A stretch of DNA of 64,000 nucleotides, from assembly GCA_963713955.1 (NCBI GenBank), contig OY970216.1, forward strand, positions 209,934 through 273,933, written 5' to 3'. The notes below the pieces were generated by a model. It did no database searches, was not told the DNA's origin, and worked only from the letters and a program-made list of their open reading frames with translations. The translations under genes were made by a program, and so were the position numbers. Each line of letters begins with the position of its first letter. Position 1 is the stretch's first letter. Below are positions 33,755 through 42,826 of this stretch, piece after piece. The DNA comes from an uncultured bacterium. GTDB taxonomy: Bacteria; Patescibacteriota; Minisyncoccia; UBA6257; GWB1-50-10.

Positions 33755-35485
33755 ATGACCGATCAAGAATTAGTCAAAAAACTGGTTGAAAAGAAGCTGA
33801 TTTCGGAGCAAATCGGCTCGAGGATTTTGCGCGACGCCGAACTTCGGGGGCAGTCGGCGGAAGAAATGATTTATCAAAGCCGACTGGCCGATGAAACAGC
33901 CGTCGCGAAGGTGAAAAGCGAGCTCCTTGGCGTACCATACAAGAAAGTAGACGTGGGTGCGGTGACGAGCGATCTCATCGCTTTCATTCCCAAGGAAACG
34001 TCGAAAACCTACCAGGTTATTCCGCTCGAGAAAAACGGCGATATGCTGGTCGTGGGAATGCTCCGGCCCGACAGTTTGCAGGCGCAGGAGGCTCTGAAAT
34101 TCATAGCCAAGCAGGAACGGCTGAGTCTCGGCGTTTACCTCGTGACTCCTTCGGACATGGCGGCGGTGTGGAGGAAGTATGCGCCGTACAAAACCGAAGT
34201 CGAGTCAGCCGTGGAGGAAATCGGGAACGTGAGACAGGCTGATTCCTTCGCGGTTTCGCTCGAAGAAGAAGGAGGAACCGGCGAGGACGCGCCGATCATA
34301 AAAATAGTCGCCTCGACGCTCCGGGAGGCAGTCGAAGAGAAAGCTTCGGACATTCACATAGAACCGCAGCGGCTCCGGCTTCGCGTACGGTTCCGGATCG
34401 ACGGCGACCTCAAGGAAGTCGCTTCCCTCCCTCTTTCCTTGAGCCAACCCGTCATTTCGCGCGTCAAGGTTTTGGCAAGATTGAAACTCGACGAGACGAG
34501 GATTCCCCAGGACGGAAGGTTCAGGACTTTGATTTCCGGGAGGGATATTGATTTCAGGGTGGCGACGTTCCCGACTCCTTCAGGCGAGAAAGTGGTTTTG
34601 CGCGTTCTCGATCCGACAACCGGTCTCAAGGGTCTCCCGGAACTGGGGCTTAGCGATTACAACTTCAAGATATTGGAAGAGGCGCTCGGGTCTCCGTACG
34701 GCATGGTTTTGATCACCGGACCCACGGGTTCCGGCAAGACGACCACGCTCTACGCGATCATGCAGAAAATCAATTCCGAAAAGGTGAATATCGTGACTCT
34801 CGAGGATCCCGTCGAGTACTTCATGGATGGGATCAACCAATCTCAGGTAAAACCCGAGATCGGCTATGATTTTTCTTCCGGCCTCCGGCAGATTTTGCGG
34901 CAGGATCCGGACATCATCATGGTCGGCGAGGTCAGGGATTCGGAGACCGCCAATTTGGCCGTGAATGCGGCCTTGACCGGACACCTTATGCTCTCGACTC
35001 TTCATACCAACAATTCCATCGGCGTCATTCCGCGGCTCATCGATCTCGGCGTGCCGGGATTTCTTCTTGCGTCTTCCCTGAATCTCATGCTCGCCCAACG
35101 TCTCGTGGGGAGGCTGTGTCCCGAGTGCAAGAAGGAGCGGCCGGTGTCCGCCGGTCTTGAGAAAGTGGTGGAGGAATCTCTCGCGAAGCTTCCCGAAAGC
35201 GTGCGTGCGGGCCTCAAGTACAAAAAGCCCTACTCCTCGTGGTATGTCGAGCCGAATCCGAGTTGCAACGTCTGCAACGGGAAGGGGACGGTGGGGAGGG
35301 TGGCGGCATTCGAAATCTTCAGGATGACGAGGGAATTGGTGGACATCGTAAGCCGAGGATTCACCGAGAACGCGCTCATCGACGAGGCAAAGCGGCAGGG
35401 CATGGTCTCGATGAGAGAAGACGGCGTCCTGAAAGCACTTCAGGGCGAAGTGATGCTGGAAGAAGTGGTGAGGGAAACGGAGTAA
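33755..35485 (+). CDS. pilB: Type IV pilus assembly ATPase PilB (GspE family).
   Basis: 576 aa. N-terminal GSPII-like domain. Walker A GPTGSGKTTTLYA. Asp box and His box (TLEDPVEY..., LRQDPDIIMVGEVRD, STLHTN). Tetracysteine CPECKK...CNVCNGKG. Confidence 0.9.
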   Translation: MTDQELVKKLVEKKLISEQIGSRILRDAELRGQSAEEMIYQSRLADETAVAKVKSELLGVPYKKVDVGAVTSDLIAFIPKETSKTYQVIPLEKNGDMLVVGMLRPDSLQAQEALKFIAKQERLSLGVYLVTPSDMAAVWRKYAPYKTEVESAVEEIGNVRQADSFAVSLEEEGGTGEDAPIIKIVASTLREAVEEKASDIHIEPQRLRLRVRFRIDGDLKEVASLPLSLSQPVISRVKVLARLKLDETRIPQDGRFRTLISGRDIDFRVATFPTPSGEKVVLRVLDPTTGLKGLPELGLSDYNFKILEEALGSPYGMVLITGPTGSGKTTTLYAIMQKINSEKVNIVTLEDPVEYFMDGINQSQVKPEIGYDFSSGLRQILRQDPDIIMVGEVRDSETANLAVNAALTGHLMLSTLHTNNSIGVIPRLIDLGVPGFLLASSLNLMLAQRLVGRLCPECKKERPVSAGLEKVVEESLAKLPESVRAGLKYKKPYSSWYVEPNPSCNVCNGKGTVGRVAAFEIFRMTRELVDIVSRGFTENALIDEAKRQGMVSMREDGVLKALQGEVMLEEVVRETE

Positions 35486-35502
35486 GTGCTATTATTACCA
35501 CA

Positions 35503-36582
35503 ATGGCAACAGATTCTAATAAACAAAGACTGAACAATCTCTTGGTCATGACCGCGAAGCAGAACGCATCGGATCTGCACTTGGCCGTCGGGAGGAGGCC
35601 GACCGTGAGAGTCGACAGCGTCTTGATCCCGATAGCCGAGGAGCCGATCTTGACCAAGGAAGATGCGGAGGGACTCGTGTTCGCGCTCTTGACCGAGGAG
35701 CAGAAAGTTTCTTTCCTTGATCGGAAACAGCTTGATTTTTCGTATAATTACGAGGACAAGGCCCGATTCCGGGTGAACGCATATTTCCAGCGGGGATTCG
35801 TGGCCGCGGCGCTTCGCTTGATACCGGGCGAGATAAAGACGGTGGAAGAATTGAATCTGCCGCCGATACTCCACGATTTCACGAAGTTGAACCAGGGATT
35901 CATTCTCGTCGTGGGGCCCGCGGGGCACGGAAAGTCAACGACCTTGGCCGCCCTCCTCGACGAAGTGAATCACAGGAGAAATGATCACATCATCACCATC
36001 GAAGATCCGATCGAATACATATTTTCCCAAGACCGGTGCATCATCTCGCAGCGGGAAGTCGGGGCCGACACGATTTCTTTCAATTCGGCGCTCCGGGCGG
36101 TCTTGCGACAGGATCCGGACGTTATCATGATCGGCGAGATGCGCGATGCCGAAACGATCGCGACGGCCATGACGGCCGCCGAAACGGGTCACTTGGTGTT
36201 CTCAACGCTCCACACCAATTCTGCTTCGCAAACCATCGACCGGATCATCGACAGTTTTCCCCCGAACCAACAGGGACAAATCGTTTCCCAGCTCGCCTCA
36301 ACCTTGGTTGCCATCGTTTCCGAACGGCTAATACCCAGGATGGGGGGCGGGAGAATACCTTCGATGGAAATCATGATCGTGAATCCCGCCATAAGGAACC
36401 TCGTACGGGAACGGAAGATTTATCAGATAGATTTGGTGATAGAGACGAGCGTTCAGGAAGGCATGATATCCTTGAACCGCTCCCTCGTGAACCTCATCAA
36501 AAAGAAGGAAGTATCTCTCGAGCAAGCCGAGTCGTATTCGCTGAACCCGGCGGAGCTCAGAATACTTTTGGAAAGGACGTGA
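35503..36582 (+). CDS. pilT: Twitching motility ATPase PilT. The ORF track's longer 35239 start is an out-of-context frame extension overlapping pilB.
   Basis: LHLAVGRRPTVRVDSVLIP, RFRVNAYFQRG, Walker A VGPAGHGKSTTLAALL, ITIEDPIEY, VLRQDPDVIMIGEMRD, FSTLHTNSA. The PilB stop at 35485 is 18 nt before the ATG at 35503. Confidence 0.9.
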   Translation: MATDSNKQRLNNLLVMTAKQNASDLHLAVGRRPTVRVDSVLIPIAEEPILTKEDAEGLVFALLTEEQKVSFLDRKQLDFSYNYEDKARFRVNAYFQRGFVAAALRLIPGEIKTVEELNLPPILHDFTKLNQGFILVVGPAGHGKSTTLAALLDEVNHRRNDHIITIEDPIEYIFSQDRCIISQREVGADTISFNSALRAVLRQDPDVIMIGEMRDAETIATAMTAAETGHLVFSTLHTNSASQTIDRIIDSFPPNQQGQIVSQLASTLVAIVSERLIPRMGGGRIPSMEIMIVNPAIRNLVRERKIYQIDLVIETSVQEGMISLNRSLVNLIKKKEVSLEQAESYSLNPAELRILLERT

Positions 36583-36696
36583 TATAATGAAAGCTATATA
36601 ACACCAACAACGCGAACATATGCGAACAACACGAACGGCTAAGTACATTTGTGTCATTCGTGCGGTTCGTATTGTGCAGTTTGCGTCATTCGTGCC

Positions 36697-37902
36697 ATGA
36701 AATTCGGCTACAAGGCGAGAACTAAAGAAGGGGAGCTGCAGGTGGGAAACGTTGAGGCCGCGTCTCGGGAAGCGGCTCTTGCGATTTTACTGAGTCACGG
36801 CTTGTTCGTTTTGAGTGTGGAACCCGTTGTCGAAAACACGTGGGCCTCGAGGATTCTGGAATTCTTCAAGAGAGTCAAGATGCAGGATCTCATGATCTTC
36901 ACGAGGCAATTCGCGACGCTCCTTGCCTCGCAAGTTCCGCTCTCGGACAGTTTGGCGAGCCTCTACAAACAGACGACCAAGCCGGTTCTCAAGGAGGCGA
37001 TCTACGAAGTGGCGAGCGACATCGATGCGGGCTTTTCCCTCTCCCAAGCCCTCGGCAGGCATCCGGGGATATTTTCCGAGTTCTACGTGAACATGGTCAA
37101 GTCCGCCGAGGTGACGGGGCGCTTGAGCGAAGTTCTGAACTTCCTCGCCGATTATCTGGAGAAGCAAACGACGCTCATGGGCAAGGTCAAAAACGCGCTC
37201 ACGTATCCGGCTTTCATCATCGTCCTTTTCGTCATCGTTGTCATCGTCATGGTCACGATGGTTTTTCCTCAAATCGTGCCGATACTCAAGGAATCGAATG
37301 TTCAGCTTCCCATCTACACCCAGATACTCCTCGGGGTCAGTAATTTCATGATCAGCTGGTGGTGGACGGTCGTGATCGTCTTCGCCGCCGTCATTTTGAT
37401 CCTCGTCGATTATTTCCAGACCAAGGAAGGAAAAGTCGTTTTGGATACAATTGCCTTGAAAACGCCGATTGTCGGGAAGCTCCTCCAAAAGCTCTACGTT
37501 TCAAGGTTCGCCGAGTCGGCGAGAGTCCTCATCAAGGGCGGGCTCACCATTCCCCAGGCAGTTGAGATTTCCTCGCGCGTCATCGGGAGCAGCATCTATG
37601 AGGAACTTCTCCATGATGCTGCGGAGCAGATTCGGAAAGGGAGACTCCTGTCCCAGGCCTTAGCTCCCATGCCGGAATTCCCGCCTCTGGTTTCGCAGCT
37701 CATAAGCGTGGGCGAATCAACCGGGCGCATTGAGGAACTCCTCGGGAAAATAAACGATTTTTATTCCCGGGAAGTCGAAAACACGGTCGAAAATCTTGTT
37801 TCTCTCATCCAGCCGATTCTCATGGTCGTGATCGGCGTCATCATTGCGTTCCTCTTCGCGTCGATTCTCTTGCCGATCTATAACCTATCCCAGACATTCT
37901 AG
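36697..37902 (+). CDS. pilC: Type IV pilus platform protein PilC (GspF family). Start at MKFGYKART.
   Basis: Two GspF repeats (LATLLASQVPLSDSLASLY..., FAESARVLIKGGLTIPQAVEIS...). Three TM regions. Confidence 0.85.
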   Translation: MKFGYKARTKEGELQVGNVEAASREAALAILLSHGLFVLSVEPVVENTWASRILEFFKRVKMQDLMIFTRQFATLLASQVPLSDSLASLYKQTTKPVLKEAIYEVASDIDAGFSLSQALGRHPGIFSEFYVNMVKSAEVTGRLSEVLNFLADYLEKQTTLMGKVKNALTYPAFIIVLFVIVVIVMVTMVFPQIVPILKESNVQLPIYTQILLGVSNFMISWWWTVVIVFAAVILILVDYFQTKEGKVVLDTIALKTPIVGKLLQKLYVSRFAESARVLIKGGLTIPQAVEISSRVIGSSIYEELLHDAAEQIRKGRLLSQALAPMPEFPPLVSQLISVGESTGRIEELLGKINDFYSREVENTVENLVSLIQPILMVVIGVIIAFLFASILLPIYNLSQTF

Positions 37903-37984
37903 AGTAATCGCCAATGATGCGAATGACTGCAAATAACGCGAATATGATATAATAAGAACAAATGGTCGATGAATAAAAAAACAA

Positions 37985-38371
37985 ATGTTTAAAGCAAAAG
38001 AAGGTTTCACCTTGATAGAAATGCTCGTCGTGATCGCGATGATCGGGCTTCTCTCGGCCGTTATCCTGGTCGCCCTCGGCCCCTCGAGAACCAAAGCCAA
38101 GGACACGAGAGTTATCTCGGACATAAACCAGATGAGGAGTTTGATGGAGTCAAGCTTCAATCCAAGTACAAGCCAATACGGTTCACCCGCCACGAGCAGC
38201 TTGGTGAACGACATAATCAGTCAAGGATCCTCTTTACAAGGTAGTGCATCTTCGACGGCTTACTGGTTCTACGCCTCGTTGCCGTCCGGCTCGGGAATGT
38301 ACTGCGTCGATAGTACTGGGTACTCGGGCATCGTAACTTCAACTAATACCGCAAGCTCTACTTGCCAATAA
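37985..38371 (+). CDS. Type IV pilin (prepilin with class III signal peptide).
   Basis: MFKAKEGFTLIEMLVVIAMIGLLSAVILVALGP has the G|FTLIEM cleavage/N-methylation motif. C-terminal Cys pair. Confidence 0.8.
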   Translation: MFKAKEGFTLIEMLVVIAMIGLLSAVILVALGPSRTKAKDTRVISDINQMRSLMESSFNPSTSQYGSPATSSLVNDIISQGSSLQGSASSTAYWFYASLPSGSGMYCVDSTGYSGIVTSTNTASSTCQ

Positions 38372-38378
38372 GCATAAG

Positions 38379-38849
38379 ATGAGAAAAAAAGGTTTCACTC
38401 TCATCGAAATGCTCATCGTGATCGCGATGATCGGAATTCTCTCGACGGTTATTTTGATTGCCCTCGGCCCCTCAAGGACCAAGGCGAAGGATACGAGGAT
38501 AATTTCGGACGTTAATCAGATAAGATCTCTTGGAGAAACATACTACGATCCCATAACGGGCCAGTACGATCTTGCGGGCGTGGCCGCGGCGGCTTCCTCC
38601 ACATTAGCTGACATGAGTGCTATGAATGGCGGAACATGGCAGCCGGACTGTCCATTTGGAAATCCCGACAACGGCATTAAGCCGTGGAGTGGCGATTCTG
38701 ATATTCAGGGAGTAGAGTGCCCCACCTCATTTGATAAATTTTCTGTTTACGGTAAGCTAGTTAGCCCCTCGGTTACTACCTACTACTGTGTGGACAGTTC
38801 AGGAAATACTGCCAACCTGAATCATGTGCCGGGCGTTACCTGTCAATAA
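38379..38849 (+). CDS. Type IV pilin.
   Basis: MRKKGFTLIEMLIVIAMIGILSTVILIALGP. Four Cys in the C-terminal half. Confidence 0.8.
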   Translation: MRKKGFTLIEMLIVIAMIGILSTVILIALGPSRTKAKDTRIISDVNQIRSLGETYYDPITGQYDLAGVAAAASSTLADMSAMNGGTWQPDCPFGNPDNGIKPWSGDSDIQGVECPTSFDKFSVYGKLVSPSVTTYYCVDSSGNTANLNHVPGVTCQ

Positions 38850-39331
38850 TGCGTCCCTTACACTATATAATGTGTAGAAATTCTAAGTCTGGTTTCACTC
38901 TCATTGAAATGCTCGTCGTGATCGCGATGATTGGTCTCCTCTCGGCTGTCATCCTGGTCGCCCTCGGCCCCTCGAGAACCAAAGCCAAGGACACGAGGGT
39001 GATTTCGGATGTGAACCAGGTCCGGGTGTTGGCAGAGAACTTGTTTGACATTTCCACTAGTAAGTACCCGACGTGTATTTGTAACAACTACCCGTGGGAC
39101 GATTGCAAACCCGATCCTGGCTTCTCGGCACTTAAGTCGGACGTGGCGAACGATGGTGGTTCATTCAGTGCAGGCTGCAATAACAAAAATACAGTTGCAG
39201 TTTTTTATTCCAGTCTACCGAGCGGCGGTGGCTATTGTGCTGATACCGCAGGGGGTGCCATTTCCGGTACGGTAGCCTCCAGTTCTCCACCCGGAACCCC
39301 AAATATAGGTGATGTTTGCCCAGAGCAGTAA
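38849..39331 (+). CDS. Type IV pilin. An alternative start is at ATG 38870 (MCRNSKSGFTLIEM).
   Basis: ..NSKSGFTLIEMLVVIAMIGLLSAVILVALGP. The nucleotide sequence of the N-terminal region is nearly identical to pilin 37985. Confidence 0.75.
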   Translation: MRPLHYIMCRNSKSGFTLIEMLVVIAMIGLLSAVILVALGPSRTKAKDTRVISDVNQVRVLAENLFDISTSKYPTCICNNYPWDDCKPDPGFSALKSDVANDGGSFSAGCNNKNTVAVFYSSLPSGGGYCADTAGGAISGTVASSSPPGTPNIGDVCPEQ

Positions 39332-39461
39332 GATGTAATATTATTAAACAATCCAGATGGTGAGAAAATATTTTTCTAAATCAGGCTTTACCCCGCACCG
39401 AGCCAAGCGCTGCAACGCTCTCGCGTTTTCAACAATGACAAGGGATAAGCTGGAACCAACA

Positions 39462-39986
39462 ATGGACATCAAGAGCCGAAATCACCCGTCAGCTGCGAGC
39501 GTTGAAAACGAAGCGCTTGATCTGGTGTCGGGGTTTACCTTAATCGAAATGCTCGTCGTCGTGGCTGTCATCGGGCTTCTTTCGTCCATTCTGTTGAACG
39601 CGTTGGGGCCTGCGAAGGACAAAGCGAAAGACGCAAGGATCATGCAGGAAGTGAATCAGGTGAGAGACATCGCCGAGACCTTGTACAACGGTACGTATAC
39701 CAATTTGCCCTCCATATCCGCCGGCACGACCCAGGTGAATAATGCCAATCTCCAATCGCTCACTTCTGACATTGATCTCCAGGGAGGGGAGCTGCACGTC
39801 GTTTTGTCATCTGACGTGAGAACCTACGTGGCTTACTCCAAACTGAACACAATGGTGCCGGATCCGGTAACAGGTACCCCGACGACCCAGTACTACTGCG
39901 TCGACAGCTCGGGAAAAGCGGTTTTTCTCACGACCCAGCCCAATGACAATAGAATAAGCAATTCTTCGCCGGCCACGTGCGATTAG
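39462..39986 (+). CDS. Type IV pilin with a long leader (MDIKSRNHPSAASVENEALDLVSG|FTLIEM). The ORF track starts at 39357 and includes a degenerate partial copy of a pilin N-terminus (KSGFTPHRAK).
   Basis: SGFTLIEMLVVVAVIGLLSSILLNALGP. The upstream in-frame stretch aaatcaggctttacc... mimics the first codons of pilin 38870 and then diverges. Confidence 0.65.
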   Translation: MDIKSRNHPSAASVENEALDLVSGFTLIEMLVVVAVIGLLSSILLNALGPAKDKAKDARIMQEVNQVRDIAETLYNGTYTNLPSISAGTTQVNNANLQSLTSDIDLQGGELHVVLSSDVRTYVAYSKLNTMVPDPVTGTPTTQYYCVDSSGKAVFLTTQPNDNRISNSSPATCD

Positions 39987-40110
39987 ACATGCCCCGTAGG
40001 ACAACTTCGAACGGGGTATTTCGGAGCGTTTACTTAAGGATTGGGGAGTGAGCTAAGGTCCCGTAGAGAGTTAAAAGGTCTATCATGCAAACAAGAAATA
40101 ATTCGAAGTT

Positions 40111-41022
40111 GTGCTACAGGGTATGATCGGGTTCCTGCTTCTTTTCTTCCTTGGCTTGTCGTTCGGCAGTTTCTTCAACGTTTTGATTCTGCGGTACGAT
40201 CCGGAGGGTAAATTCTTCGATATCAAGAAATTGAGCGGCCGGTCGCATTGCCCGAAATGCATGAGGACGCTCGGCCCCGGGGAACTCATCCCCGTTTTCA
40301 GTTTCATATTTCTCGGAGGGAAATGCTTGCACTGCAGGGAAAGAATATCCTTCTTCTATCCTTTTACCGAACTTTTGACCGGCATTGTTTTTGCCGGCAT
40401 CCCGTATTTCTTGAACGGTTTCTACGGCATAAGCAACGCGGTTTTTTGGATTTTTGCGTTGCCGACGTGGTATTACACCCTTGTTCTTTTCTGGCTCATC
40501 GCGATTGTGACGCTTGTTCTGATTGCCCTTGTCGATTTCAAGTACTATCTCATCCCGGACGAACTAGAGGTAATTCTCTTCCTCGCGGGTGCGGCCGTGT
40601 CGCTTTTGCTCTTTTACTGCGGATCGACGCTCATTGAACCCTTCCGCGATTCATTCCTCAAAAATTATGCCATCATCTTTTCACCGACGCAAAATGTCCT
40701 CATAAGTCATGCCTTTGGAGCCCTTATCGGGGGATTATTCTTTTTGCTGCTTGTTGTCCTGAGTCGCGGGCGGGGGATCGGCTTCGGGGATGTGAAGCTC
40801 GCTTTCGCTTCCGGCGCGGTTCTGGGTTGGCCGGACATAGGTCTTGCAGTTGTTCTCTCGTTCATCCTGGGAGGCATCGTAGGCGTGATTCTTCTTGCCT
40901 TGAGGAGCAGGGGCATGAAGGACAAGGTCCCGTACGCGCCGTTTTTTGTCATCGGCGTCCTCCTCACGGTCGTTTTGGGTCACGCCATCATTTTCAATTA
41001 CTTCCGCCTGTTTGGCATGTAG
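40111..41022 (+). CDS. pilD: Prepilin peptidase PilD (A24 family). GTG start in the ORF track; an ATG at 40123 is also possible.
   Basis: Zn-binding tetracysteine CPKC...CLHC near the N-terminus. Multi-TM. Catalytic Asp contexts (YYLIPDELEV..., IGFGDVKLAFASG). Confidence 0.85.
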   Translation: MLQGMIGFLLLFFLGLSFGSFFNVLILRYDPEGKFFDIKKLSGRSHCPKCMRTLGPGELIPVFSFIFLGGKCLHCRERISFFYPFTELLTGIVFAGIPYFLNGFYGISNAVFWIFALPTWYYTLVLFWLIAIVTLVLIALVDFKYYLIPDELEVILFLAGAAVSLLLFYCGSTLIEPFRDSFLKNYAIIFSPTQNVLISHAFGALIGGLFFLLLVVLSRGRGIGFGDVKLAFASGAVLGWPDIGLAVVLSFILGGIVGVILLALRSRGMKDKVPYAPFFVIGVLLTVVLGHAIIFNYFRLFGM

Positions 41023-41038
41023 GGTATAATAAACCCTA

Positions 41039-41548
41039 ATGAAGGAAGGATTCACTCTCATAGAGACATTGATCGTTCTCGCGATAACGGCGATCCTCTC
41101 GACCATATTCTTGGCCTACAACAGTTCTTCGAACGGCCAAGTCGCGCTCTATACGGAGCGGGCGCAAGTGGTGGGAGCGCTCCAAAGAGCTAAGACGCTC
41201 GCTCTCGACAAATACATGGTGAGCCCCGGGAGCACCTCTTCCTGCGCTTTCGGCGTTCATTTCCAAACCTCGACGGGAGTTTACTCCATTTATGGAAAAT
41301 ACCCGCCGCCCGGCAGCACCGATTGCACCGCCGGTTACGGCTTCATGGGCAACTCAAGTGACACGGTGGTGCAAAGCTTGCAACTCCAGGGAAAGGTTGG
41401 ATTTGTCGATCCCACCCCGTCAGACATTTATTTCGTCCCGCCGTATTTCATCGCAAACGCGACCGGCACTATCACCCTCAAGAGCAACGATAGCGGTGCC
41501 ACGGCGTCCATCGAGGTCACTCAAGGAGGGAGCATTTCATCTCTTTGA
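41039..41548 (+). CDS. Minor pilin / pseudopilin-like protein (FimT/GspH-like).
   Basis: MKEGFTLIETLIVLAITAILSTIFLAY has a class III signal. 169 aa. Confidence 0.7.
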   Translation: MKEGFTLIETLIVLAITAILSTIFLAYNSSSNGQVALYTERAQVVGALQRAKTLALDKYMVSPGSTSSCAFGVHFQTSTGVYSIYGKYPPPGSTDCTAGYGFMGNSSDTVVQSLQLQGKVGFVDPTPSDIYFVPPYFIANATGTITLKSNDSGATASIEVTQGGSISSL

Positions 41549-42081
41549 CGAATATGAGAATAACGCGTCTTAAAAACCGGGAAGGCAGCCTTATGATAGA
41601 AGCCATCGTGGCGGCGAGCCTCGTCGTCGTGGGTCTCTTGGGACTTTTCAATTTGATTTACAACTCGACGGTCAGGGACAAAGACGTAATCCACAAACTC
41701 CAGGCGACGTACTTAGCAGCGGAGGGAATAGAAGTGGTAAAAAACTTCATAGATCAAAACGTCGCTAGCGGAACTCAATGGAACGCCAATCTGTACACAG
41801 GGGATTATCAAGATGTTTCGTTCGATAATCTGGGTCAGGTCGGGACTGGGGATAGCGCCGTTTATTTTGCGACAACCACGGGACTTTTTACCGGATATAG
41901 TTCGGTGTTCACCGCTTTTTCCGGCGGGTCGAGAGAGTTGGCGCTCTTTTCCCGGGTCGTATCGTTGAATGTCGGAACGAATCAAATCAGCGTCACGTCG
42001 ACCGTTTCCTGGTCGGAAGAAGGGAAAAGTGAGTCGGTGAGCTTAGACGACATCTTCTATAATTGGAGGAAACCAAGTTAA
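41545..42081 (+). CDS. Minor pilin-like protein with an atypical prepilin N-terminus.
   Basis: REGSLMIEAIVAASLVVVGLLGLF (G-SLMIEA variant of the cleavage motif). 178 aa. Confidence 0.5.
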   Translation: MTNMRITRLKNREGSLMIEAIVAASLVVVGLLGLFNLIYNSTVRDKDVIHKLQATYLAAEGIEVVKNFIDQNVASGTQWNANLYTGDYQDVSFDNLGQVGTGDSAVYFATTTGLFTGYSSVFTAFSGGSRELALFSRVVSLNVGTNQISVTSTVSWSEEGKSESVSLDDIFYNWRKPS

Positions 42082-42147
42082 ACTTTGTAATATGTTTTTT
42101 GGAATTCATTTCAAAACACCTCTCTGGGTGAAAAAATGCGTGAGGAT

Positions 42148-42228
42148 GCAGACTCAGGAGGGCAAAAAAGTGGGTAAGACTTGGCCTAGCGGCCCGGAGC
42201 GCACACCTTTTTGGCTTCCTGAGTCTGC
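42148..42228. repeat. Copy 1 of a structured palindromic intergenic element: 37-nt conserved core (42170-42206) flanked by A6/T5 runs and a 12-nt inverted repeat gcagactcagga / tcctgagtctgc.
   Basis: Core gtgggtaagacttggcctagcggcccggagcgcacac. Also present at 47461-47497 (+) and 45376-45412 (reverse complement). Confidence 0.6.
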
Positions 42229-42265
42229 AATTATTACCTTTAAAGAGAAGAAGTTACAGAAATAC

Positions 42266-42826
42266 ATGGGTTTCACCATCGTTGAGCTTCTGGTCGCGAT
42301 GGCCGTTTTCGTCATCGTGGTCACGGTCGCGACAGCCATCTTCATACGGTCGCTCCAGAACCAGCGGCGCCTGGTGACGGTCATGGGCATGCAAACAAAT
42401 CTCGACACGGCCCTCGAGCAGATGGCGAGGGAGGTGAGGGGAGGATATTTGTTCTCAGCAAGTACCCTTACATGCGCGAATTCAGTGTCGTTCGACACCG
42501 CGAGCGGTACCGCGGTGTCTTACGGACTATCCAGTAGTTCTATCGTGAGGAACGGGCAGCCGATAACGTCGAGCGACGTCAAGGTTTCGAATCTTTGCTT
42601 TATAGTTTCGCAGGCTCCATTGGGAGATGCGGGCATGTATACCAATCCAGGGAGTCCTTGTAATCCCTGGAGAGTGACGGTAGCCGCCGAGGTTGAGCCG
42701 AGAGTAGCGGGACAATCGAATAATATAGAGCCGTTTTACCTCCAAACCACCGTGAGCTCGCGGGTTTTGCCAAAGGACATGCCGGCGGATATAAAGGGGC
42801 AATATGGATACACATCTTGTCAGTAA
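42266..42826 (+). CDS. PilW/GspJ-like minor pilin. Start at MGFTIVELL; the ORF track 42092 start spans an intergenic repeat element.
   Basis: MGFTIVELLVAMAVFVIVVTVATAIFIRSLQNQRR has prepilin-type N-terminal cleavage/methylation. About 186 aa. Confidence 0.6.
   Translation: MGFTIVELLVAMAVFVIVVTVATAIFIRSLQNQRRLVTVMGMQTNLDTALEQMAREVRGGYLFSASTLTCANSVSFDTASGTAVSYGLSSSSIVRNGQPITSSDVKVSNLCFIVSQAPLGDAGMYTNPGSPCNPWRVTVAAEVEPRVAGQSNNIEPFYLQTTVSSRVLPKDMPADIKGQYGYTSCQ

Noticed and set aside
34135-36657. Antisense and offset ORFs across pilB/pilT/pilC (for example 34580-35098 on the minus strand, 35440-35928 on the minus strand, 36036-36587 on the + strand, 36787-37488 on the minus strand) and the long 35239 start of the pilT ORF
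   Set aside because: They overlap strongly conserved ATPase or GspF frames. The 35239 extension reads through the pilB 3' end in another frame with Arg/Gly-rich nonsense. PilT begins at 35503.
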